Source: Octopus vulgaris (lineage: Eukaryota). From it: a stretch of DNA of 64,000 bases. The translations under genes were made by a program, and so were the position numbers. The stretch spans positions 68,882,001 to 68,946,000 of the forward strand of contig OX597825.1 of the NCBI GenBank assembly GCA_951406725.2. The letters run 5' to 3'. The first letter of the stretch is position 1. Every line of letters starts with the position of its first letter. Of the stretch, positions 51,987 to 64,000 are shown piece after piece. Below the pieces are notes generated by a model, which ran no database searches, had not been told where the DNA came from, and saw only the letters and a list, made by a program, of their open reading frames with translations.

Positions 51987-54900
51987 TATGTTTGACTTTT
52001 GCTTTATATTTGTACAAGTTGGCTCCAAGTCTCACCCAGAGACCTCAAGAGACAACAGGGTTGGAAGTTCATGTTGTTGTTATGCCTAGTGTGCCATATA
52101 TTTGGGGGGTGGGGATGTTGTACTAATGAATGTCTAAAAAGAAAAAAAAAAAGGTTTTTTTTTTTTTTTTTTTTTTTTAAACCGAAAATTATGTTTGTTT
52201 TAAACCTTGAGATTACATAGAGAGTATTTTGCGTAGGATATGAGCAGTTCCCATGAGCACTATCTTTTGAACTTCTGCCATTTTTGGGTTTCCTGGTATC
52301 TGAGTTAGGTAGCTATCAGCCCCTTTTGCTATCATTCCCAGGGCACCTATGACAACAGGTATTGTTTTAGTCTTCAGCTTCCACATTTTGCTGATTTCTA
52401 TTTCAAGATCTTTATATTTGCTCAGTTTTTGGTAGGTCTTGACAGATACGTTTATATCGATTGGGACAGTCATATCAATGAGGAGGCATGTTCTTTGTTT
52501 GAAGTTTTTCAATATGATGTCTGGCCTATTTGCATCTATCTTCCTGTCAGTTTGAATGGTGAAGTTCCAGAGGAGTGAGATGTGGTCATTTTCAAGCACT
52601 GGGGGTGGTTTGTGTTCCCACCAGTTTTTTTCATGGGGCAAATCCAGGTTTTTACAGATTACCCAGTGAATATATTGTGCAGCTCTATCGTGCCTGTTGA
52701 GATACTCTGTAGGCGCTAGAAGACTGCACTTGGAGACCACATGGTCAATGGTTTCATTTTGTTGCTTGCATACACGACACGTTGGACTGCTTCTGATTTT
52801 TAATATGTTGGCCTGGTAGTTTCTTGTTGGTAGGCATTGATCTTGAGCTGCTATGATAAACCCCTCTGTTTCAGATTTTAAGCCAGAGGCCATTAGCCAT
52901 TGATGGGTCAGGGCTTTGTCGATATCTGCATTATTCGCTCTCTTTGGGTATTTGCCATAGAGAGGTTTTTCTTGCCATTTATTATTCAGAATATCTAAGG
53001 CCGCAGTTTTGGCACGGGTTTTCATGCGCCTAGCTTTTTCTGTGCTTGTTTCTTGTATATCTATCTCCGAAATTGGTTGTATTCGGAATTCACTTAGATA
53101 TTCCTTTGCCTGTTTTGTGACTGAGTATGATGCTTTCTTGTTTTCATGTTTTGAGACAAGTTTTAGCATCCAGTCCTCAGAGTTTTTCAGGTAGGTGTCT
53201 AGGCCAATTGTAGCAATCTTCATTGTTATTGCCAGTTGCAAAAGACCACGGCCTCCCTCTTTTCTTGGCAGATAGAGTCGTTCTGTATCTGCCTTAGGGT
53301 GGTGCATTCTATGCATTGTCAACAGTTTCCTTATTTTTCTGTCGAGCTGACATATTTCAGTAATTGACCAGTTAACAATATTGAAACTGTAAGTCACGAC
53401 TGGTATAGCTAATGCATTGATTGCTTCGATCCTGTTTCTTGCATTCAGCTCTGTCTTGAGTATTGCTCTCACTCTTCGATAGCATTCTCTCCTGATCCTT
53501 TCCTTCATCTCTGAATGCCTTATTCCGTTCCCTTCAATTATCCCTAGGTACTTGTAGCTCTCCGCTGGGTCTAGTTCTTTTATGACATTCTGTTGGTCAA
53601 GGTTAACGTTAGATGTTTCTGTCATTTTTCCTTTGATAAAGGTAGCCTTTGCACATTTATCGAGGCCGAATTGCATTCTGATGTCGTCACTGAATTGTTT
53701 GACTATCGCTAGTAAGCCCTTGAGTTGTTGATCATTTTTTGCAAAAGCTTTAAATCATCCATGTAAACGAGATGATTTATATTTTTATCAAACATTTTAT
53801 ACCCGTACTGCGCGTCATTGAGCAGCTTTGAGAGAGGTATTAAGGATAAACAAAAGAGGAGTGGTGACAGTGAGTCACCCTGGAAAATGCCACACGAAAT
53901 TTTTACATCACCAGCATTTAGGAATTCACTGTCACTGTTCAGAGTTAGTGTGGTTCTCCATGATCTCATACTTACAGTCAAGAAGTTTCGCAGAGTTGGT
54001 GCTATCTTATACATTTCAAGGCATTTTCTAATCCAGCTATGTGGTAGGCTATCAAAAGCCTTTTTATAGTCTATCCAGGCTATTGATAAGTTTTTGTGTC
54101 GTTTGTGACAATCTTCTAAGATCATCTTATTGATGAGTAGTTGGTCTTTACAGCCGTAGGATCCACGTTTACATCCTTTCTGTTCATTAGGGAATATGCT
54201 GCTGTCTGTTAAAAAACTATAGGTATATTCCGTCAGGACAGATGTTAGTGTTTTGTACATAGTTGTTAAGCAAGTTATGGGTCTATAGTTTTTTGGTTCA
54301 TTTGTTTCTTCACTTTTTGGAAGCAGGAATGTTAACCCATTAACTAGCCAAGGAGGCATCCTACTAGGGTGTTGCAAAACATCATTGTACAGTTCTGTTA
54401 GCAGTTCATGGCTCTCTGGGAAGGCATTCAGCCAGAAGTTAGGAATTTTATCCTTTCCTGGAGACTTCCATTTGCTTGACCTCCTGAGAGCAGATCTTAT
54501 ATCTTCTACCTTGACACCCTCCCACTTTTGCTCTTCTAAGGGGTCCAGTTCTGTAGATATTCTGTCAATCCAGGGGCCTTTTCGTTGTGTGTTTTTTCTT
54601 CTGCCCAGATTTTATTCCAAAATCTCTGCACTTCTTCTTTTGATGGTACAGACCCTGCAGTAAACGCTGTTTTTCCTATCTTCCTGTAAAAATTCTTGGT
54701 GTTATTTTTGAACATGTTGTTGTCCTTGAAAAATCTAACACGCTTTTCATACCTCGCTATGCGGGCAGCTTTGGCAGATACCTTTTGTTTGATGGTTTCT
54801 ATGGTGGCATCAATATCAAGTATAGTTTTCATATTGTATTTTTTCAGTAATTTTGGGGTTTTTGTAGGTTTGGTAATCTTGTGAGCCTTAAGGTTTTTCA

Positions 54901-56040
54901 AATATTCAATGTCAGATCTAAATATTTTAATTTGTTGTTGCAGACGCTCTTGCCAAGAAGGCTTTTTGTGGGACTGTTGCCGTTTTCTAATCTTTACACC
55001 ACATAGGATCGTTGAGATTTTCGCGGATGCATAGTATAGGTGGTTGAGGTTTGTGATATCAACATCATTAACTGAAATTATATCCTTAAGTGCAAGCCGG
55101 ATTTTACCAATTATTTTCATGTTTTGGTTAGAGTTGCGGATTTTAGGAAGTGTATCACGCTCATCCATGCTGGTTTCTTTAATTTTCAGCCATTCAATCA
55201 TGATTTGATTTTTTAGCTCATGTAGTTCTGTTGGGTCAATATTTGTGTGACTTTCTTTATCTATTTGATGCTCATCTGTCTTAGTGTTTATGATTGGTTC
55301 AGGGCGTATTTCACTTTGCCTATCACTTATACTAACTCTTTCAATCCTCTCTTCGTTTTTATCCGCCCTGGGCTGGTCTATAATCATTTCCTCTGTATTA
55401 TCTTCTCTAGCTGCAGCTTCGTTCATTTTATCCGATATTGCTTGTCTAACCTGATCAATCTCTACTTCAGTCAGTAATTTCTTTTTTATAATGTTTCTTC
55501 TAACATTGGCAAACTTGTTACTGTCTATGTAGGGTCTTACTTCAGGGTGTTTCTGTCTCCAGTTTAAGTATGCTTGTACAGTGCTAGACTTATCTGTGGG
55601 GAAATATATGGCATGGTAGAAGGCCTCAAGAACTTCTTTATTATCTTCCCTAGACCATTTTTCCTTCTTTTTCTTTTGATTATTTGGTGATGAGCATGGA
55701 TGGCCATCTGTTGGAATATTCCGGTTGTGGGGTTCGTCCAGCTCCTGTGTGTTGGGAAGATTTGATCCAGTAACTGATTTTTCAATCAGGATTTGGTTCA
55801 ATTTTCGGGTACGTGGTCTTTTGTAATCCGCGCAATGACCAATGCGGTTTATTGTTTGATTTGTTGACCTTGAAGCATGACGAGCATCCATTCTTATATT
55901 AGGAGATGGATCTGTCAGTTTAGGGTTCACTACTTGTAAGCATTGCTCATAGCGCCGCTTCTTAAGACTAGCAGATCTATATTCGTCTGTATTTTTTTTG
56001 TTGATAGTTTTATCTCCGGACATTTTTTTTTTTTTTTTTT
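51985..56040 (-). mobile_element. R4/Dong-clade non-LTR retrotransposon, near full length
   Basis: Single long ORF, 3' UTR 51985-52212 and a (TAA)n tail; the exact 5' boundary is uncertain (56023-56155). Confidence 0.9.
52213..56023 (-). CDS. Reverse transcriptase / CCHC / restriction-like endonuclease polyprotein (~1270 aa when two -1 frameshifts are repaired)
   Basis: N-terminal KWSREDN..VLEAFY; RT motifs NYRPITCL, WIDYKKAFDSLPH, GIFQGDSLSPLLF, YMDD, YKYLG; CRVC...HVVSKC; RHD; RPD...ID...KLSKY. Frameshifts at ~54575 and ~53745. Confidence 0.9.
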
Positions 56041-56725
56041 CCTTTCCTCCTCTTCCTTTCTTCAAGGCTTACTGTGTCTGTATTAGTTCGAAATAATGAG
56101 AATAAAATACGGAGAAGGAAACGAAAAGAAAGGGAAAAAGACGGGATCTGTCAGTTATTATTGTTATTACTATCATCTTCACCACCATCACCATCATCAG
56201 CAACATCACCATCACCATCATCATCTTCAATGACATTGTTTTATGTGTAGCCACAGCCACCATCAACACTCCATTGTGTTGGAGAATGGGTGGTTAAAGA
56301 ATTCATGTTCTTTGGGTCTATAAATAGCCACGGTAGATGGAGACAAAGGACGTTAATGGTCAGTAAAAGGTCAAACCTGTTTACGTTTATTTATTTATTT
56401 ATTTATTATTATTTTTTTTCCTTTCTCTTTTCTTCTTCACCACATGCATATGTATATGTATATATATGTATATTCACTCACACATATTATCTGATGTTTT
56501 CGTCGAAGATTTTTTTTTCTTTTTTTAAATAACTTTCTGAGTTCAATGTTATGTATATATTTTTAAATTTCTGAATTCAGTTGTATGTATATAGTAGTAG
56601 GTGCTTAATTCCATAACTTTTTATCGTGCATTTAATTGTGTTGTTACAATAAAAGGTAATTTAAAAGGCAATTTTACACATTCTTATAGTCATGAGAGAC
56701 GACTAAATGTAAATTATTATTATTA

Positions 56726-56811
<86 letters not shown>

Positions 56812-57361
56812 GTGTGAGAGAGCAGTGCATGCCATCAAAGTGACACTGGGGTAAAATATACGAAGCCCAATATACCCATCATGACTACCCGTCTGATAAA
56901 GGTACACCAGGCACATGCATCACAACCATATGTGCGCGACATGGTGATCTCATATCAAGATAAACAGCACATGACCTTGCAGGTGGGGCCCAGTTAGAAT
57001 TTTCTTCAGGTTGAGTAGCCCATCCGCTCAAAAGGTCCCTGAATAAGGGTTGTTTAAGGATGTTGAAAGAACCACCCATGTTTCCAGAGGTGAATTATTC
57101 AAACCCCAAAGAATCCCTCTCAACACATGGCTATGATGCTCCCCTACTAATTCTGCTCATGATCAGAAATGCACATATCGTCAGCCACTAAGGGACATGC
57201 TCAACTGGTTAAGGTCAAACAACTGACAAGCAAATCTGTGGTATTGAGCAGATTATTTGCTGTAGCCCATCTTTTATACCAAGACAAAACAATGTACATG
57301 ATAACACTTCCAATCAGTTAAGATCAGAAGCCATGAGAGCCTCTGCCTGGTACTGCATCAG
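56812..57361 (+). mobile_element. ~550-bp (TAA)n-embedded non-autonomous element, copy 3
   Basis: Near-identical to 17335-17890, lacking only the last ~7 nt; (TTA)n on both sides. Confidence 0.85.
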
Positions 57362-57362
57362 A

Positions 57363-57405
<43 letters not shown>

Positions 57406-57438
57406 TATTATTATTATTGTTTTTATTATTATTATTAC

Positions 57439-57525
<87 letters not shown>

Positions 57526-57821
57526 GTTATTATTATTATTATTATTATTAGTCGTAGTGGTGGTGGTGGTGGTGGTGGGAATGTTGTTATAGCGGATGCA
57601 ATTAATGTTATTAGCAATTGGGGTTTATATTAGTTGGTAGAGTATTGTGTATACTTATTGTCGAAACATTACTGAAAATATATCTGACAATGAGGGAACA
57701 TTGTAATGATAATATTTCTTTCTAATTTTGGTGCGGGTCTGCTGTTTTCGAGGGGAGGAGGTGGGGCTTGTCTATTACATCGACCCCGAACGAATGAAAT
57801 GCAAAGTCTACTCCTGTGGTC

Positions 57822-57880
<59 letters not shown>

Positions 57881-57884
<4 letters not shown>

Positions 57885-58008
57885 AAGGACAAAACGAAAT
57901 ATATGACACCCTAGGCATAACACCAGCAGGAACTTCTTACTTGTTGTCTCTTGAGGTCTCTGGTGAGACATGGAGCCAACTTGTACAAATGCAAAGCAAA
58001 AGTGAAAC

Positions 58009-58011
<3 letters not shown>
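57881..58011 (+). mobile_element. Severely 5'-truncated Dong copy (3' UTR only) within (TAA)n
   Basis: Homologous to the reverse complement of 51985-52125 (CTAGGCATAACA...TGTTGTCTCTTGAGGTCTCTG...GGAGCCAACTTGTACAAAT...AAAGCAAAAGT.AAACATA). Confidence 0.85.
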
Positions 58012-58080
<69 letters not shown>

Positions 58081-58087
58081 TCGATCG

Positions 58088-58268
58088 CCTTGCAAAAAGC
58101 ACCCAACCCAACCAGAGCGGTTAGTGTTAGGAAGGGGACACAGCCGTAAAAACCTTGTCAAAACAGACTCAGATGCATGGCGCAGCCTTCCGTCTGGCCA
58201 GGCCCTGTCAAACTGCCCAACCCATGCCAGCATTGAAGATGGACGTTAAACGAACATGATGATGATGG
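58088..58268 (+). mobile_element. RTE-related short non-autonomous element, 3' part
   Basis: GTTAGGAAGGG..CAGCCGTAAAAACC (RTE 5' UTR-like motif), CCAACCCATGCCAGCAT..GGACGTTAAA and a (TGA)n tail. Confidence 0.6.
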
Positions 58269-58354
58269 TTATTTTCGTCGATTTCCATGTATAAGTGTTT
58301 GAAGGAAAGGATTAGAAAAGATTAATTAAAAAAGAGAAAGAGAAGCTACATCTT

Positions 58355-58890
58355 TTGGGTTGTCCGGAAAGTTTGTGCCGATTTTTAAAGGAAAGAAAAT
58401 GGTCAATAAATACTTGCCATTACATTTTTAATCAACCAAATATGAACCATTTTGTTGCACAATGTCCTCTTCCCAGAATTGAGGTAGTTTCATGGCAAAG
58501 AATTAATCAAGGTATCTTTTTACGTCAGCCAAGGAATTGGAATTTTTACCATTAAGACTATTCTGCGGAGACCTGAATAAGTGGAAATCCGAAGGAGCAA
58601 TATCTGGTGAATATGGCGGGTGGGGTAACACATCCCAGCCGAGCTGCAGCAAGTTTTGTCTGGTTCCCAAAGCATCAAGTGCCGAAAATGAACTTTCTTA
58701 TTTACCATTTTAAAGGGTTACAGAATGAACACATGTTATAGGAACACAAACCTTCTTCCACGAAAAGATAGCTTAATGTAATCATTAATTGGAGGTATAG
58801 TCAAATTCTATTTTATGGACTCAACCATGTTCTAAAATAAGTCGAAAGGTAAGCGACTATAATTCGGCACGAACTTTCCGAACAACCCAA
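58355..58890 (-). mobile_element. Internally deleted mariner
   Basis: TIRs TTGGGTTGT(C/T)CGGAAAGTT(T/C)GTGCCGA; minus strand joins MVNKKVHFRHLMLWE to VLPHPPYSPDIAPSDFHLFRS. Confidence 0.9.
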
Positions 58891-59918
58891 TATTTGCGAT
58901 GGACTTGTGAATGTAATTTGTGTCCAGGAATGGATTTTGTTATGAAATCAAATTGGGGACAGTGATGATTTTGATTTCGTCGAGGACTGGGATTATGTCT
59001 GTTGATTGAAGGATCTAATTCTTCTATTGTTCTATTTCTTCAGCTCAAATTGTTTAGATGCATCATGATATATTTTACTCTACTCAGATCAAACAAAGGA
59101 ATAACTTTCCCAAAATGTCAAATTAAGCTGTACGGATTTTCGTAGTAGGGTATCCACGGAAAAGTGTGTTCAAAATACAAAATTTGCATACACTTATAGT
59201 AATGAAAATAATGATAATAAAAACAACAACAATAACAATAACAACAATACTAACAATTGTTTCAGCTATAGGCACAAAATCTGAAGTTTTAGGATAGTGG
59301 GATGGTCGATTATATCGGCCCCGGTACTCGGCTAGCGCATATTTCCCCGACCCCGAAAGGATGAAAGGCAAAGGCAACCTCGTCAGAATTTGAATTCAGA
59401 TCGTGAAGGCGGACAAAATGCTGTCGTGCTAACAATTCTGCCAACTCGACACCTTTAATAATAATAATAATAATAAAAATGATAATAATAATAATAATAA
59501 TAATATGTGCTTTAGGCTCAAGGCCAACAATTTTGAGGTGTTTGGGTTTGTATATTAAATCGAAATAGTATGTAACTGTTACTTCCTTTTATTGTTCCCG
59601 AAGTGATGAAAAGCAATATTTACCTCGGTGATATTTGAACCTAGAATGTAAAGAGCCGGAACAAATATCGTGAGGTATTTTTCCGGCGCTCTCGCGATTC
59701 TTCAACCTCGCTGCGTTAGATAAACGAACCACGTTATTTTAGCAAACTGTGCTCACATTAAAAACAGATTACGCCTAAGTAGTTATCACCTTGCCATTGT
59801 AGAATTTTTATGGTACGTTAAAGCATTTTTTTTAAATACAGCCACCCATCACTCGGTGTCGACTATAGCTTGGTAGCATGTACTAATTGTTCGAGGTGAA
59901 TATATATTCGCGAGTAGG

Positions 59919-60332
59919 AGGCGGCGAGCTGGCAGAAACGTTAGCGCGCCGAGCGAAATACTTAGCGGTATTTCGTCTGTCGTTACCTTCTGAGTTCAAA
60001 TTCCGCCGACGTCGACTTTGCCTTTCATACTTTCGGGGTCGATAAATTAAGTACCAGTTACGCACTGGGGTCGATGTAATCGACTTAATACCTATGTCTG
60101 TCCTTGTTTGTCCCCTCTGTGTTTAGCCACTTGTGGGTAATAAAGAAATAGGTATTTCGTCTGTCGTTACCTTCTGAGTTCAAATTCCGCCGAGGTCGAC
60201 TTTGCTTTCATCCTTTCGGGGTCGATAAGTAAAGTACCAGTTTCGCACGGGGGTCGATGTAATCGAATTAATCCCTTTGTCTGTCCTTGTTTGTCCCCTC
60301 TATGTTTAGCCCCTTGTGGGTAGTAAAGAAAT
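59919..60332 (+). mobile_element. SINE family A dimer with 18-bp TSD
   Basis: GGTATTTCG at 59967 and 60151; flanked by ATATATATTCGCGAGTAG. Confidence 0.9.
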
Positions 60333-61619
60333 ATATATATTCGCGAGTAGACACACGCAGTCTCTTCAAACTTTCCACACTTGATCTGACGAAACCTCTA
60401 GGATCTGACAAATAGCCAGAGAGCAGGCTGCACTACAACTTGGCTGAGTAATGATTAGTGTAAGGTGAAATGAAGTACTTTACACAAGAGCAGAATACGT
60501 CAACCAGCTGATATTCATTACCATCTGAGTTTACCGGAATGAATGAAGAATGTAAATTACCTAGAAGCGGAACAAACCCTGTCACCTGATCATTAAATTG
60601 AGAGTGCAGCATTGTGCTCTTGCAACGAAAACTCAGACCACTTGGCCACGTGACTTCATATAGGTCAAAGAATATGCCAGAAAAATTTTAAAAGAAATAT
60701 CAACGTTAAACGAACACAATGCTTCTATTGTCGGACATAATTTGCCGAGAAATGTCGAGTCTAAATATATAAGAAAAGACTACGTAGTTCCATTTTATAT
60801 TCGCCGTTTCTTTCTGTTACTGCTACTTATTTTTTTCTAGAAGCATTTCCTCTGAGCAATCACAGCAAAGTCGTTTGCAACGGTAAACTTAGATTTTAAT
60901 GTTAAATCACATTTGCCTCTACTGCACGAATGTACTATATTCAGTTTACACAATTCATATTTAACAGCAATTATCAAAAGAATTGTTAAAACAAACATTC
61001 AATTAATGCTGGAACTAAAAGAAAACACTTACAAAAATGAACAAAAAGCAATTCTTTAAAAGACATTCAATTATAAATGCTAACAAATCAGTATTTCTCA
61101 TTAAACAAATTAAAATATCAAAGAAATGAAAAGGTATTTGTACGAAAATTGTTATGCCAATAATTGAATAAATTAGAAATGATCAATTAAAACGTTGTGT
61201 GAATTCGTGACAGAAATCAAAATTGATTATTTTTTCCAAAATTTTATTTAGACACAAATAAATTAATTAATACTGAAGTGTGAAAATGGTGATGTCTGCA
61301 AATGTTTTTGCAATCTTAAATATTTTATCACATTGTCATACATTTCCACGAATTGCTCTACATGGATGGGGGTTAATAATTATATCGAACGGAAGTCGTA
61401 TTATGCATCACAGTTGGAACTGTCTGTGACGGTTTTACCTAAGAAAATATATAATATTTATTTGTATTACACACTATATATGCTTCTCAAATTTTTATTT
61501 ACACTATTTCAAGTTTTAAGCTAATAAAGAAATTGTTTAGCTCCAAGGCAACACCGTTCGAGCAAACTTATATCGAAAGGCGTTCCGCTCTCGGCAATCT
61601 CTCCTTTCCTATACCGTTG

Positions 61620-62722
61620 ATTGCATTAACCAATGTGTCCGTTTAAGTTTTCTGATTTTCTGAGAAGGACATTGGAATTTGAAGAGTACAGTTCGATTTT
61701 AACAGTTATTTTTTCAAAGCCATCATGGAAGTGACAAAGGAGAATATTCGGTATATTTTGATTTATGAATTCAATAAAGGCAACGACGCAACGGAAAGTG
61801 CGAGGAATATTAATGTAGTTCATGAGGATCAGACAGTAAGCGTAAGCCAGTGTCAACGGTGGTTCCAGAAATTCTGAGCCGGAAACTACAGCCCAGAAGA
61901 CGAGCCACGTTCTGGAAGATCTGAAGAGCTCGACGAAGAATACCATCGTAACTGTTGAGGAACTGGCAGAGAAACTTGGATTCGGTCATTCAGCAATTCA
62001 TCGACACCTGCGTGCCATTGGAAAAGTCAGCAAATTGGGTCAATGGGTGCCTCACAAATTTTTCGTGTCTAATCGCGCACAGAGAGTGAATATGTGCTCT
62101 TCTGTACTGTCATGTCTCACGAATGAACCTGTTTTGGACCGAATCGTAACTGGTGACGAGAAATGGGTTCCTTATAAAAATGTCAAGTGCCGAAGACAGT
62201 AATAGAGAAAGGAGAAACACCGGCACCCTAGGCTAAAGAAGGTCTTTACCCACGTAAGGTGTTGATATTTCTTTGGTGGGATATGAACGGATTAGTCCAC
62301 TTTGAACGCTTAAGTCCCAACCAAAGGATAATAAAGGGGACCTACTGCAAGCCGCTTCAACGGCTTAAGCCAGTGCTGGAAAAAAAGGTCCATCTTTGGT
62401 TTCAAGACGAAAGGTGTTCTTCCATCAGGAAAATATTCGGCCACAACAAGCGAGGATGACATTCCAAAGGCTGGAGTAGTTTGAATGGAAAACGATGTCC
62501 CACCCACCATATTCACCGGACATTGCCCCGTCTGATTAGCATTTATTCCGCAGTCTTCAAAATCATTTGGACAGAAACAATATTAATTCTATAGATGAGG
62601 TCAGAACAGTACTGGAGGAGTATATTTCGTCACGGACAAGTGAATTTTGGAAGAAAGGCCTTGCAGGTCTACCAGATAGATGGCAAAGCATTGTAGAAAA
62701 TGGAGGGTATATTTTAGACTTG
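61620..62722 (+). pseudogene. mariner (DD34D) transposase pseudogene
   Basis: ATG at 61725 MEVTKENIRYILIYEFNKG; EDEPRSGR, WVPHK, RIVTGDEKW, HPPYSPDIAPSD*HLFRSL; multiple stops and frameshifts. Confidence 0.9.
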
Positions 62723-63530
62723 AACTCTGCTTTGCATGCGCACTAGAGTTTTACGTTATAGCTCACTTCCACTATTTACAGCAGTGCTTTGAAGGAATAT
62801 GTGTAGCGTGTGATCGTCGCATTGACCATGACAGAGAAAGTTGTCATGTTGATACCTGCTCAGATGCTTACGCAGTTGCAGACAGTGTATGGAGAGGAGT
62901 GTATGAACCGCACACAAGTGTACAAGCAGTTCAGACGTTTCCAATATGGCCCAAAAAATGTTGATATTGACGAACATTCTGGGAAACCCGCAACCAGCAG
63001 AACTGAGAAAAACATCGCAGATGAGCATGCATCTTTGAGGTGAAATCGTCGAATCACCATCCCTGAGTTATCAGAGGATGTGCAGATTAGTTACGGTTCA
63101 GTTCAGTCCGTTATCACTGAAGATTTGGGTATGAGACGCGTGTGTGCTAAGTTTTTTCAAAAACTGCTTTTCAGGTGATCAAAATGAGACTCGGGTTTCA
63201 GTTGTATAATATCTCCTTGATTGTGTCGAGAACGATGAAAACGTTTTGAAAAGTTTGCGTAGGCCTCTGAGCAGGTATCACCAAGCTTTTGCCAAAACTT
63301 GATGCAGATTCTCAGCTCAACTTTTTCTGTCATGGTCAATGCGACAATCACACGTTACGCACGTTACTTCCAAGCACTGCTGTAAAGAGCGAAAGTGAGC
63401 TAGAACGTTAAGACTTAGTGCCCATGCACAACAGAATTCAAGGTAAATCTGTACCAAGCAGCTTCACTCTCCATGTTTTAGCTTCGTTACTATAGCAACA
63501 GTCCGGATATTTATTGATCAGACAAGTTAT
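62720..63530. mobile_element. Second mariner family: fold-back derivative with two inverted 5' ends
   Basis: Plus strand MTEKV...LQTVYGEECMNRTQVY..FRRF..DEHSGKP to ~63250; minus strand MTEKVELRICIKF..KLGDTCSEAYA within 63252-63530, with a TIR-like end GTCTGATCAATAAATATCCGGACTG. Confidence 0.8.
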
Positions 63531-64000
63531 ACACACACACACGCTTCCGTTTTAAGACTGCATATTGATAAATATATGAAACGATAAAAATCATAAAAAT
63601 TACTCAGTGTTAAATTATCAGGCAAATTGTGCAGCATTTTCCATTTCTAAAGTTAACTGATGCCATTTTGGAGATTCTATTTGTATTTGATTCACGACTT
63701 ATTGGCTCTGTTTGTCTACAGAAAAGCCTGACTATTTATATTTATCAACCTTAATGGGTATTAAGAGACTAATATTTGCAATTCTTAAAATGAATGTTTC
63801 CATAGACATAACGTCTAGGATACTGTAATTTCGATATATCCATAAAGGCAGAGCTATGCCTTATTAGTTTAGAGGTTAATTCCTGTATAATCTGTGGCAA
63901 TGATTCAGGTTCAGTCCCTGAATGAAGAGATTACTTCTCTCTATATGCAGGGTGTTTGGACTAAATTTCAGGATTTGTTGTCTCCTTTTTGTTTTTGTAC

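Noticed and set aside
53009-55785. Short plus-strand and alternative-frame ORFs over the Dong element
   Set aside because: Antisense or shadow frames of the retrotransposon ORF.
61725-62722. Domesticated SETMAR-like gene
   Set aside because: Multiple stops and frameshifts and no SET domain nearby; an ordinary dead mariner.

Overview
AT-rich, repeat-saturated eukaryotic DNA with no confidently identifiable host gene. The SINE families and microsatellite load look like an octopod cephalopod genome; this is an inference from recalled repeat sequences, not a search. Most listed ORFs are translations of microsatellites. The real coding content is mobile-element derived: an almost intact ~4 kb R4/Dong-clade LINE (RT plus restriction-like endonuclease, broken only by two homopolymer frameshifts) and decayed Dong, Tx1/L1, RTE, CR1/L2 and Tc1/mariner remnants. 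Non-coding mobile elements include mariner, hAT and Merlin-like MITEs, non-autonomous Helitrons and three abundant tRNA-type SINE families. The most interesting signals are: (i) a fold-back element in (AAT)n carrying an apparently intact type I hammerhead ribozyme, with further degenerate hammerheads and a perfect 188-bp palindrome that look like Penelope-type termini; (ii) a ~550-bp non-coding element present three times, always embedded in (TAA)n; (iii) a SINE that recurs as multimers with one fixed, self-complementary junction. All coordinates and structures were read by eye.
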